A stretch of DNA of 64,000 nucleotides from Microcoleus sp. (GTDB taxonomy: Bacteria; Cyanobacteriota; Cyanobacteriia; Cyanobacteriales; Microcoleaceae), in the NCBI GenBank assembly GCA_042408215.1, contig JAYFMW010000030.1, forward strand, positions 64,001-128,000, read 5' to 3'. Made by a program: the position numbers and the translations under genes. Below, one piece after another: positions 41,203 to 51,383 of this stretch; positions within the stretch are counted from its first letter, which is position 1, and each line of letters starts with the position of its first letter. A model generated the notes under the pieces. It was not told where the DNA came from, searched no databases, and worked only from the letters and a program-made list of their open reading frames with translations.

Positions 41203-41589
41203 TTATGGACTCAATCCCAAACTTAACCTCACTTCTTGCCGGACTTCTTTGCAAAACTTTAATGCTTGACGTGCTGTATCCTTATCAGCCGAAGCCCCTG
41301 GATAACGATAAGCAACCGCAAAAGCAGTTAACGCTAAAAGTTTCTGGCGAAAAATATCATAATTAGGTTCAACAGGTAAAAGTAAATCCAATAAAAATGT
41401 CAAATTATGAGTTTTACTAAAAGTAATTTCCGCTTCTTGTAAACGCCCTTTCAGATATTTCTAAACACATTGTTGAGCGTGAAAACACGCTGCATCATAG
41501 TTGGGAGATTTCCTCGCTCGTAATTCCCGCAAAGCCGTAGTAAAATCCCCTTCAGCTTGATCGACCCATTCAACTGTTAGCGGATTCAT
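41203..41589 (-). pseudogene. HEPN-domain protein with internal TAG (41461-41463)
   Basis: MNPLTVEWVDQAEGDF...ACFHAQQCV*KYLKG...KTHNL...YRYPG. Confidence 0.85.
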
Positions 41590-41890
41590 AAATCACCTTT
41601 CCTTTCTCTATAATTTCTCGCAAAAAACAATCATTCCAGGCTAGGAGTTGCTCAATCTCTACAGGAGTTCGCACTAACAAATATATGGCAAACTTTGGTT
41701 AAAATTTATTTAAAATCTCCCAAGTTTTGAGAAAATTGTTCCCCTTCTATGGCAAAATCACTAGCAAATCTACATCCGAGTCATCTTGAGGATTTCCATA
41801 AGCATAGGAGCCAAATAAAATAATTTTGTTGGGCTGAAATTCATTAGCAATAGCCTGACTTAATTGCACGATTTTCTCCCTTTTTATCAT
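41570..41890 (-). pseudogene. Minimal nucleotidyltransferase (MNT) with two internal stops
   Basis: IILFGSYAYGNPQDDSDVDLLVILP*...KF*PK...IIEKGKVIYE. Confidence 0.85.
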
Positions 41891-42145
41891 ACTCAATCAA
41901 TGCTCTTTTATCGTTTCTTTTGTAATTAAAGCCAGTCTAAAATAGGAATAACTTGCATTTTATTTAATCAATTAAATTGATTCTATCATAATTGTAAATT
42001 CTGTCAATATTGTCCCAAGTTTAAAAGGTTGTAATTCCTACCAAAAGCAGTCCGACCCCAGTTGGTTTTTTTATTAATTTCCTCTCTCGTTCTTTTTCCT
42101 ACCTATCGGTAGTAAGAGAGAAAAGATTCATTCTTAGAGTGACCA

Positions 42146-44782
42146 ATGCCTCCCAATTATATCAACCTTCTTTCCCAGCTAATAGCCAGACATGATTTTC
42201 ACCAAAATAACTTTCCAGAAGCAAGCCACTTGCAGCCAACTGCAACAGCCGATTTGTGTGAGTTTTTAGGCGAAGAGGTTATTTATCAGACAATCGCGCC
42301 TGCTATAACTCCTAAGCTCTACAAAATTCCTCAAGACTTGCCGCCTTCAATAATTTCTGCTTTGCACCGCCAAGGCATTCAACAGCTTTATTCGCACCAA
42401 ATTAAAACACTCAAAGCCGTGCGCCAGGGCAAAGATGTCATCCTCAGCACAGCAACAGCTTCTGGCAAATCTTTAAGTGCGTACTTGCCTATTTTAGAGG
42501 GCATTCTCCAACATCAATTTACTGCACTCTCTATTTATGGCTTGAAAGCTTTAACAGCCGACCAAAGTCAAAAACTTGCCGATTTGCTCCAACTGATTCC
42601 TGACCCTGCGCGCCCACGCCTTGCCCTTCTAACTGGGGATACTCCTCCCCAAACCAGAGAACAATTATTGGCTACCAACCCTAGCATAATCAGCGCAACA
42701 CCAGAGTTGATTCACTATGCGCTAAAAGGCGTTCACTGGAGTCAGCCTTGGCAGCATTTTTTAAGTCGCCTCCGCTATATTGTCCTAGATGAAGCTCACA
42801 CTTTTAACGGAGTTTACGGAACTCGACACATGGCTAGCTTAATTCGCAGCTTAAAATTGGCAGTAGACGAGCGCGGAGGTTGTTCTCAAAAACTGCAATT
42901 CCTGATGTTGAGTGCTACCGTTGGCAATCCCGTTAAATTAGCGAAGTTACTATCTGGGAGAAGTCGAAAGCGAAATATTAATAAACCCGAGCGGTTAGTT
43001 TGGATTAACTCTAGCGGAGCTGCTGTCCCAGAACGGCAATTAATTGTTACTAAACCGACTCATGATGCTAATTCAGATGTTGCTCGCATCATTATGTTTT
43101 TGTTACAGCAAGGGCAAAGCGGAATTTGCTTCGGTAACGGCAGACAAGCAATTAAGAACTTGTGGGCAACTTTTAAGCAAGAAGCTGTAACTCAAACTAA
43201 CTCGGGAATTGAGTCGCAAGTAGCAATTTTCTACGGCAGTTTAACAAGCGAGCGCCGTATGGAAATTATTAACTCTTTGCAGTCAGGAACAGTTAAGTGT
43301 ATCCTCAGCACTAGCGCTCTCGAAGCAGGAATTGATTTGCCTCAACTTGACTTTGCTATTATTAGGGGATGGCCGGGAAGCTTGCAAGCTTTTAGGCAGA
43401 GGGCTGGCAGGGCTGGTCGCGCAAACTCCGGTTTAATTGTCTTCATTCCTATTGCACAATCACCTTTGGATAACTATTTTGCCGATCGCCCTGAATTATT
43501 GCTGTCAGCCGAATCAGAATTGGTGAGCTTTAATGCCAATTATCCCATAGATATTGCCAAACATTTAATGTGCGCGGCTGTCGAAACAGGCATTCCTGCC
43601 AATAAGCTCAAGCACTACTTTGGCAAGAGCGATCCTCAAATTGCAACGGCTTTAATTGAGCAAGGTGTTCTTCACAGAAGCCGGGATAAATTATGGGCTA
43701 AGGGCTTTCCCCATAAAGATGTAAACTTTCGAGGGGGAACGGGTTCTAGCACGATACAACTGGTGGATGCGGAGACTCAAGAAGAGATTGAACTCCTCAG
43801 TGCGGAGATTGCTTATCGAGAGGTATTTCCTGGTGCTATTTACCGCACGCAAAACTCAGACGGCTGTTTGGTGACTTATACTTCGCGCTCGCTCTTGAAT
43901 GGCAAAGCTATTTTGCAAAACAGCCCTGAAACTCGACTGTTTACTGTAGCGATTAGCCACACTGATACCAGCCTCAAGCAGAATTTGAGTTTGCCTCAAC
44001 AAATCCCGTTGGTCATTCCAGAAGTTGAAGGAAATGTTCAAACCAATTCAACGGATAGTAATGCAATTCCAGCTCAAGCTATTCTGGAACTGGCTTGGGG
44101 AGAAATTAGCCAACTCGTCACTGGTTATCAATTATTGATTCGCAATTACGAGTTAACTTGTCTCAATAGAAAGTGCGTCAATTACAGAGAGCCTTTACCC
44201 AAATGTACTGCCTGTCCTGTTTGTGGCAAGAGAACTCGATCTGCTGAGCTAACATCGGTTCTTAATGAGGTAAACTTTGAGCAACCTTACGAAATCAAAT
44301 TTGCGACTCCTGTACTGCAAATTAGTTTGAATTCCCCGGTTGAATGTTACCTGCAACAGGTAGTAACAGCTACTCGCCAGGAATTGCTTCAATCTCAACA
44401 GGAGATGGAGCCAGGATATCAGCAGTTGTGGGAGTACCCCGCGAATTTGTTGGCTATTCACAGTTTCGGCCATCAAATTTTAGCAGCTTTACCTCTGACT
44501 ATTTTGGCTTCACCTAATGATGTGAATTTTCTGGTAGAGAAGAGAGGTGCAAATGACTATGCAGGACTCTTTTACGATTTAGCAGAAGGAGGTTCGGGAA
44601 CCTCGGAAGCTATTTTTCCTTCTCTCCCTCAATTAGCTCATGCGGCTGCTGAGTTAGCCCGCAGTTGTTCTTGCAGTTCTGGCTGTCCTAAATGTTTGAT
44701 TCAGTCGGGATGCCCTGATGGTAACAAAGCTTTACTCAAGCAGGTGGGGCTGCTGCTGTGCGAAGCGTTTTCTACTCCTTAA
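42146..44782 (+). CDS. DEAH-box helicase with C-terminal DUF1998 (MrfA/Hrq1-like)
   Basis: LYSHQ, TATASGKS, DEAH, SAT, LEAGID, QRAGRAGR, C-terminal CSCSSGCPKC. Confidence 0.9.
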   Translation: MPPNYINLLSQLIARHDFHQNNFPEASHLQPTATADLCEFLGEEVIYQTIAPAITPKLYKIPQDLPPSIISALHRQGIQQLYSHQIKTLKAVRQGKDVILSTATASGKSLSAYLPILEGILQHQFTALSIYGLKALTADQSQKLADLLQLIPDPARPRLALLTGDTPPQTREQLLATNPSIISATPELIHYALKGVHWSQPWQHFLSRLRYIVLDEAHTFNGVYGTRHMASLIRSLKLAVDERGGCSQKLQFLMLSATVGNPVKLAKLLSGRSRKRNINKPERLVWINSSGAAVPERQLIVTKPTHDANSDVARIIMFLLQQGQSGICFGNGRQAIKNLWATFKQEAVTQTNSGIESQVAIFYGSLTSERRMEIINSLQSGTVKCILSTSALEAGIDLPQLDFAIIRGWPGSLQAFRQRAGRAGRANSGLIVFIPIAQSPLDNYFADRPELLLSAESELVSFNANYPIDIAKHLMCAAVETGIPANKLKHYFGKSDPQIATALIEQGVLHRSRDKLWAKGFPHKDVNFRGGTGSSTIQLVDAETQEEIELLSAEIAYREVFPGAIYRTQNSDGCLVTYTSRSLLNGKAILQNSPETRLFTVAISHTDTSLKQNLSLPQQIPLVIPEVEGNVQTNSTDSNAIPAQAILELAWGEISQLVTGYQLLIRNYELTCLNRKCVNYREPLPKCTACPVCGKRTRSAELTSVLNEVNFEQPYEIKFATPVLQISLNSPVECYLQQVVTATRQELLQSQQEMEPGYQQLWEYPANLLAIHSFGHQILAALPLTILASPNDVNFLVEKRGANDYAGLFYDLAEGGSGTSEAIFPSLPQLAHAAAELARSCSCSSGCPKCLIQSGCPDGNKALLKQVGLLLCEAFSTP

Positions 44783-44856
44783 ATATTAAAAGATTGGTGG
44801 AATAGGCGGCTGAAAAAGGGGAATGGAGAGAGAGAAATTGGGAAAATGGAAGTGGG

Positions 44857-44912
44857 GAATAGAGCGTAGCTTTTTTAAAACAAAAAAGCTACGCTCTATT
44901 CCCAAATTTTTT
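44857..44912 (+). terminator. Terminator-like hairpin
   Basis: GAATAGAGCGTAGCTTTTT...AAAAAGCTACGCTCTATTC. Confidence 0.6.
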
Positions 44913-45012
44913 TACTGTTTTTATTAATTAAACAAGACGCTGCTTGCATCAACATAGAATTGTGCGAACCGCTACTGCGGTTTTTAGGGGTGCATTTTTC
45001 AGACTTGTACTC

Positions 45013-46110
45013 ATGAAAAACAAGCTTGTCTTGCCAATTATTGACTCCAAAACTAGAGAGTCAACGCTGTTACATTTCAGAAAGCAACCCTATAAACCAA
45101 AGAAAAAGCAAGCTTTAATCCCCAACCTAAAACGAGATTTAAAGCCGGGCTGGCTTTTAACAATTCTCGCACAAATAGACCGATGTTTATGGGGAAGGTG
45201 GGATTATTGGGCTTTGTGTCAAGCTGTCCCCGCTCATGCCTGGATGCGGTGGAAGATGGAGCCAATGCTAGCCATTCTGGAAAACAGAAAACCCGAAAGC
45301 TTACCCAAATTTGTAATTGAGGAAACTTTGCCAGCAGAACCGATTCCCCAAATTGAATGGCAGCATTCTCCTGCCGCAGAAGCCATGCTAGATAACACTC
45401 TCAATTGCATTCCTCAACATGGAGAATGGAAAACTTGGTCAGCTTGGGACTATTTGGAGTTTTTCTTGGACTGGGTTTTGTTCGCATTCGGACATCCAGC
45501 TTACAAGATTTTACCCAAAGAACCCGCCGGCTGTGAAGGTGCATCCATGCGTCTTTATCAGATGTTTGACCTGTCAATTGTCATGCTGTATCCTGAAGAT
45601 TATATGGGCAGACTGCTACCCCAAATTTGCGGAAAGACTGCTCAAAAAAGTTCAGGGTTTTATCCGACACCCTTAGCTTTGTGTCAGTTCATATCTAAGT
45701 TAGTCAGCGGTGATAAGACAGAGCGAATTTCCAGCTTCAATGAACCTGCGTGCGGTACGGGTGATTTAATGTTAACACAGTCGAATTACTGTCTGAGCGG
45801 TATCGGTCAAGATATAGACCCTACTCTGTTAAAATGCGCTTTGTTCCAATTTTATATGTTTTCACCTTGGCTGGCTGTTCCGATTTGGTGGTTGGGTCAA
45901 ACTGATTTGCTCCTTGGCAATACTTTAAGTAGCGATCGACCTCAATCAATAAACGCTGCTTACTGGTATAATGAGTGGTTTGAGCCAGTCGAGTCCCCGG
46001 CTAAAAATCATACTGATTGTCCAGTCGAACATGAAATAAATTCAGGAGAAAGCTCAGAAGTTATTGACTTGAATGAGAAGACATCAATTCACTCAAATCC
46101 AGTTCAATAA
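45013..46110 (+). CDS. N6-adenine methyltransferase-like protein (partial MTase fold)
   Basis: GFYPTP, EPACGTG, GQDID motifs; no NPPY/F motif seen. Confidence 0.6.
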   Translation: MKNKLVLPIIDSKTRESTLLHFRKQPYKPKKKQALIPNLKRDLKPGWLLTILAQIDRCLWGRWDYWALCQAVPAHAWMRWKMEPMLAILENRKPESLPKFVIEETLPAEPIPQIEWQHSPAAEAMLDNTLNCIPQHGEWKTWSAWDYLEFFLDWVLFAFGHPAYKILPKEPAGCEGASMRLYQMFDLSIVMLYPEDYMGRLLPQICGKTAQKSSGFYPTPLALCQFISKLVSGDKTERISSFNEPACGTGDLMLTQSNYCLSGIGQDIDPTLLKCALFQFYMFSPWLAVPIWWLGQTDLLLGNTLSSDRPQSINAAYWYNEWFEPVESPAKNHTDCPVEHEINSGESSEVIDLNEKTSIHSNPVQ

Positions 46111-46399
46111 GTTGTTAATGGCAAACGCCGATCCAGAAAAACGACAACATCTCCTCACCAATTTACGCTGTTTAATTTGGACGATTTATAGCCCAATACC
46201 TACCTATCGAACGATTGTTACGGTGCAGGTGAATAGGTGAGTTCAAATCACCTTTAACGTTAGTCTCATTGTTAAGAACCAAGCTACCGATATCGTTGGT
46301 AAACTATCACGCATGAGTTCGGAATTTGGAAAGCAACAAGCCGAATATAGCGCAGTCAGACACTCAGTTGCTATTGACCAAACAGTGGACAAGACTAGA

Positions 46400-46600
46400 C
46401 AGCTAGTTCATAAACTGGACAAATAGCCAGCCTAAGTATCTTGAATACTACGTTTTGAGGGTGATGACACCTACGGGTGCTTTCCAGCTTGTAGCTCTGT
46501 CGTTAGAGATTAAACAGATGTATTTGGTTAAGTCAGTGTCTCTAACCCAACAAGCCATCAAAACATTGGCGAGGAAAACATAACCTGAGCAATCAGAGGA
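46400..46600 (+). ncRNA. IscB omegaRNA (HEARO-like) scaffold
   Basis: CCAGCCTAAG...CTACGTT...GACACC..GGGTGC..TCCAGC...CTCTGT...AACATTGGCGAGG directly upstream of iscB; 5' boundary uncertain. Confidence 0.75.
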
Positions 46601-46604
46601 CAAA

Positions 46605-47898
46605 ATGTCTAACTTTGTATTCGTTTTAGACACCAACAAACAACCACTTGAGCCAGTAGCACTCCCGACAAGCAAGACGATTGTTAAAACTAGCCCAAGC
46701 TGCTGTGTATCTCCGTTACCCGTTCACAATTATTCTGAAATATGCGGTTTCTCATCCAAAAAAGCAACCCACTCAATTAAAAATTGACCCTGGTTCTAAA
46801 ACTACTGGGCTGGCGATCAATCGTGGCGATCAAGTTATCTGGGGTGCTGAGTTGACCCATCGCGGACAACAAATAAAAAATGACTTAGAATCACGTCGCG
46901 CCCTTCGTCGCAATCGTCGTAACCGAAAAACTCGTTACCGCAAAGCGCGTTTTCTTAACCGCACAAGAGCGCCTGGATGGTTGCCACCCAGCTTAGAATC
47001 CAGAGTGAAAAACATCGTGACTTGGGTCAACCGCATCTGTCGATATGTCCCAATTACAGGCAGATCCCAAGAGTTAGTTAAGTTTGACCTACTTGCAATG
47101 CAGAACCCTGAAATATCCGGCAAGGAGTATCAGCAAGGTGAACTTGCGGGCTATGAAGTCAGAGAATACTTGCTTGAGAAGTGGGGGAGAAAGTGCGCCT
47201 ATTGCGGTATTGAAAACTTACCTTTTGAGGTAGAACATATCCACCCAAAATCAAAAGGGGGAAGCGATCGCGTTTCCAATCTTACCCTAGCCTGCCGTGG
47301 GTGCAACCAAGCCAAAGGCAATCAAGATATTCGGGATTTCTTGTCCAAAAAACCTGACATCCTATCCCGTATTTTGAAACAGGCCTCACAACCTTTGAAA
47401 GATGCAACTGCTGTGAATTCAACCCGCTGGGCATTGTTCCAACAACTTAAACAAACAGGATTGCCAATAGAAGTTTCAACAGGAGGTAGAACAAAGTACA
47501 ACCGCACTCGTTTAGAACTACCTAAAACTCATTGGCTGGATGCGGCTTGTGTGGGGAACGTAGAAGTGCTGCAAGTTTTCACGGATCAACCGTTGTTAAT
47601 TGCAGCTAAAGGATGGGGCAGCCGTCAAATGTGTACAACCAATAAATACGGATTTCCTGTCAAGCACAGAACGCGGTGCAAAACGTTTTTTGGGTTTGGG
47701 ACTGGCGACATGGTAAGTGCAATTCTTCCCTTTGGGAAGTTTGCCGGCACTCACGTCGGCAGGCTGACCGTTAGAGAAAGCGGAGTTTTTGAAATGAGAA
47801 CGCCACTTGGCAAGGTTAGCCCAGTGCGTCATAAATACTGTAAATCAATCCACCGCAACGATGGGTATATGTATGTGTTTTCTACTTTTGTCCAATGA
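46605..47898 (+). pseudogene. iscB: IscB (RRXRR/PLMP, RuvC, HNH) with a frameshift near 46656-46660
   Basis: MSNFVFVLDTNKQPLEP continues in another frame as QARRLL..YPFTIILK; IDPGSK, RRNRRNRKTRYR, ELVKFD, EHIHPKSKGG..NL..AC..CN, HWLDAAC. Confidence 0.88.
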
Positions 47899-47939
47899 AT
47901 CAGCGATTAGAGGCGTAGCGATCGCGACTACACAACCAA

Positions 47940-48252
47940 TTTAGGGTGCATAAACGTCAGAACCATTAATCTATCAATCGCTATGCACCCTAAACGCCGA
48001 TAATTTAGGGTGCATAAACGCCAGAATTACTAATCTATCAATCGCTATGCACCCTAAACGGCTCGTAAATTTAGGGTGCATAAACGTCAGAACCACTAAT
48101 CTATCAATCGCTATGCACCCTAAACGCCGATAATTTAGGGTGCATAAACGCCAGAATTACTAATCTATCAATCGCTATGCACCCTAAACGCCGATAATTT
48201 AGGGTGCATAAACGCCAGAATTACTAATCTATCAATCGCTATGCACCCTAAA
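47940..48252. repeat. Five tandem palindromic units (period 64-66 bp) with 13-bp arms TTTAGGGTGCATA / TATGCACCCTAAA
   Basis: Units start at 47940, 48004, 48070, 48134, 48198; 29-bp loops nearly identical. Confidence 0.92.
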
Positions 48253-48255
48253 AAC

Positions 48256-48582
48256 TTAAGGCTTGAGCTTACCCAGATAGAACGAATGATGCCTGCCGCC
48301 CTTACGAAATCTCAAGTAGGCATAAGGGCCACATCCTTTGATTGTCTTAGATTCGATGTACCCCGTACTACCGCGCGCACCAGTAGCAGCCATTTTTTCT
48401 TCCCGTTTTTCTTCCCAGTCTGAATCGGCTGCCAACTCCGACAACCTTTTCTCTTCAGCGTCAATTAGCACGTCAATTGCATCCTTCAGGTACTTCAGGT
48501 CTTCCAGCTTAAGTTGATAGCAATCCTGCAACACGCCGTGCAGCGTTGCAATTTTCACGGAACAACTGCGCTTTTTGGGCAT
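48256..48582 (-). CDS. Small basic protein with GPY..LR...S.YLGK motif (DUF6788-like, putative DNA-binding)
   Basis: 108-aa ORF ending 3 nt from the array. Confidence 0.65.
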   Translation of the reverse strand: MPKKRSCSVKIATLHGVLQDCYQLKLEDLKYLKDAIDVLIDAEEKRLSELAADSDWEEKREEKMAATGARGSTGYIESKTIKGCGPYAYLRFRKGGRHHSFYLGKLKP

Positions 48583-48758
48583 AACCAGTCAAATTTATGG
48601 GGCAAAAGCGATAGCATACTCTGCAAATCTTGAGTCATTGCACCCTAAACTGATAGAGCACAAGCGGGCTAAAGTTTCCACTCAAACCTCGTGTCTTGTA
48701 CAATTTTTAGTATTGGCATACCGCTTGTTAAAACTGTAGCACAGATATAAGGTCGAGC

Positions 48759-49061
48759 ATGGGACGGAAACAGAGATCGCCTTCAGGCATTGTTTTTCGA
48801 GCGCGAGTTGCGCGACAGACACCAGAAAAACTTGAAAAGCTTGCAGCTTCAATGGGTCACTTGTACGGAGGTAAGGGAAAACCCGGTGCCCTACTAGATA
48901 TGCTGGCATCGGGAGATTTGGTTCTCGTACCCAAAACCGCAACAGATGTCATAAAATCTGTGGCACAGTTTTTGGAAGAAACCTCGCCACCGGCCGTCAA
49001 ATTGGATCGTAAGCGGGCGGACGGTACTCAAACAATTCCTGCGGGGTCACAGCAAATTTAG
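48759..49061 (+). CDS. Small hypothetical protein, possibly RHH-like
   Basis: IVFRARVARQTPEKLEKLAASMG pattern. Confidence 0.5.
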   Translation: MGRKQRSPSGIVFRARVARQTPEKLEKLAASMGHLYGGKGKPGALLDMLASGDLVLVPKTATDVIKSVAQFLEETSPPAVKLDRKRADGTQTIPAGSQQI

Positions 49062-49661
49062 ACCGGTCTGTTCCTGATGTTGGTAAAGCAAACGATGCTT
49101 GATTGCGAATTGCTTGAATGTCCTCAGAACTCCGTTCAGAAGACAGCACAAACTGAGTCCTTTGATAGCGCAAGTCAGCAATTGTTACCTCCCCGGGCTT
49201 CCCTTTACAGATGGTGAGTGCTTGGGAAACAGCTAATCGTCTCTAATCTCACACAAGATGGGATTAAAACTGTGCGTTTTTTTCCACCTGCTTGTAAGCG
49301 CGTATTACTTATTTAGTTGAAATAACTTGCTTGAAGAACACTTTAGTTGGTGGTCAAGTTTTCTCTTTATAAGCAAATAAAAACTCTAAATTTTCTCTGG
49401 CTTTCGAGTAGAAAATTGGTAAGTTTTTCTCCATGTTTCTACAAGAAAAGGGGAGGCCGTGTCAGGCGATCGCCTGACAGGAGTATTTTTGCTAAAAGAC
49501 TATCGAATTGAACGCGAGGTATGAATATTCTCAACATTGCTTCATGCTCTGTGACAGTTGAGGGTGCAGGATGTGGGCTATAAATTTTTAATCCTATTCC
49601 GCACTCCCGGACTTTTTCTGTGGCGATCGCCGCTATTGCTCAGTCTTTTATGCTCTGAGCA

Positions 49662-50357
49662 ATGTACCTCCTTACTCTATCAGACCTCAATCAAACTATT
49701 CATACTAGCCCACTACAAGAGCCACCTCTTGTTCCTTCCTATCTGCAAGAACGCTTGCAACTGCTTGTCAAGCAAATTTTAATGGGATTACCTGTCGATC
49801 CAATTCTCAACAGTCACCCCCAGTTCCAGCAGTGGGTTTTCCAGCTCCAAGAACTATCGCCATCACTGTTTTTACCGCAGCGAAAACTGTTTGTTGACAT
49901 TCCAATTCAGGCAAAACTAGACAGAACAAAAAGGGGAGTGACAGAAGAAAACTCTTCCCCTTCTCCTCCATTCAAAGTGATACAAGTCCGTACAAATGTG
50001 GGTTTAGTCAAACGAACACCCAGACTATTTGAGTGGGCAATTCGCCATCCTGTACTGACTTGGCAAGACCGAGTTAAGTTATGGGTAGCTACCGAATTTT
50101 TCGATATCGAGCCTCACAAGCTGCAACTGATTGTTTTGGCACTGCACCCGACTCAACCAGCAAAAAAAGTTCAGTTTGCCTGGGACAACAAGCAACACCG
50201 ACAAACTCAAAATTGGCTTTTGACTACCATTGAACGAGAGACAGAACAAACAGTTATCAGGCTCAATGGTTATCTAACACCTCAACCGAAGGAAGTAGCA
50301 ACAGCTATCAATTTGGATGAAATCAATTTGGATGAAATCAACGAAGTGTCGATCTAA
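49662..50357 (+). CDS. Hypothetical protein
   Basis: 231-aa ORF. Confidence 0.6.
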   Translation: MYLLTLSDLNQTIHTSPLQEPPLVPSYLQERLQLLVKQILMGLPVDPILNSHPQFQQWVFQLQELSPSLFLPQRKLFVDIPIQAKLDRTKRGVTEENSSPSPPFKVIQVRTNVGLVKRTPRLFEWAIRHPVLTWQDRVKLWVATEFFDIEPHKLQLIVLALHPTQPAKKVQFAWDNKQHRQTQNWLLTTIERETEQTVIRLNGYLTPQPKEVATAINLDEINLDEINEVSI

Positions 50358-50625
50358 TCTGTTCAGACTGTATAGCTCTTCTGGATTTGTGGTAGAAACG
50401 GTAGTGTGAGCCGTTCACGCCGGCTTTTCGGGCCACATCACTAGAATTACGATCGCCTAAAACTCAGAAAAACGGACTTTATTCGCATCCTCCTATCGAG
50501 AGACATCTACCTTCCGACAAAAATGCCCCACAATTAATACTTTTCTTCTCTCGATAGGAGGATGACAGTCTTTAATGTCAGGAAAAATAATATAGAATGG
50601 ATAAAATGTAGTAGGAATCTTAGCC

Positions 50626-51303
50626 GTGACTGCAACTACCGCCACCCAACCAAAAACAAACCAACTAAAAACCATCCTAATAGTTGAAGATGACCCAATG
50701 ATGCAGCTCGGTCTAAAGCATATCCTCAATCAGCAACCCCATTTAACAGTTGTCGCCCAAGCTGTTAACGGTAACGAAGCCGTCAGTGCTGCACTGCAAC
50801 ACCAACCAGACATCGCCCTGATGGACATTGACTTACCCGGAATCGACGGTATTGCAGCCGCGCAGCAAATCAGAGCCGCACTGCCGCATACTCGCATCCT
50901 GATGCTCACCCACCACAGCAATCCAACTCAGGTAATGGCGGCTTTGTCAAGCGGCGCTCACGGCTACTGCGTTAAAGGCACTAACGCAGAACAACTTCTA
51001 GCAGCGATTACGACTGTGCAAGAAGGTGGCAGTTACCTAGACCCTAAGATTGCCGACTGCGTGCTGCAAAATCTCAAAACGCCACTGCCCGAAAGCTATG
51101 CGAATGACGACATCAAGCTGACTGAACGGGAAATGCAGGTTTTGCAGCAGCTAGTTGAGGGTAAAAGCAATAAACAAATCGCTGCTCAACTAGGAATGAG
51201 CGTCCACACCGCCAAAGGTCATGTAGAGATGATTATAGCTAAATTTGAAGCGAGCGATCGCACCCACGCAGCCGTTAAAGCACTGCGTTTGGGGGTGGTT
51301 TAG
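50626..51303 (+). CDS. NarL/LuxR-family response regulator
   Basis: IVEDD, MDIDLPGIDG, LTEREMQVL..GKSNKQIA. Confidence 0.93.
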   Translation: MTATTATQPKTNQLKTILIVEDDPMMQLGLKHILNQQPHLTVVAQAVNGNEAVSAALQHQPDIALMDIDLPGIDGIAAAQQIRAALPHTRILMLTHHSNPTQVMAALSSGAHGYCVKGTNAEQLLAAITTVQEGGSYLDPKIADCVLQNLKTPLPESYANDDIKLTEREMQVLQQLVEGKSNKQIAAQLGMSVHTAKGHVEMIIAKFEASDRTHAAVKALRLGVV

Positions 51304-51383
51304 CCGTTGGAATGCAGCTTCTAATTGTTCTAAAAAAGTGGTTTTTGAGGCGTAGCTATCGCGTAGTAAATTATGACAGCTTG

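Noticed and set aside
42146..46110. DISARM or Druantia defence system
   Set aside because: Only a fused helicase-DUF1998 and a partial methylase; other core genes are absent
47940..48252. Canonical CRISPR array
   Set aside because: Spacers are nearly identical to each other and there are no cas1/cas2 genes or leader; kept as an unexplained repeat
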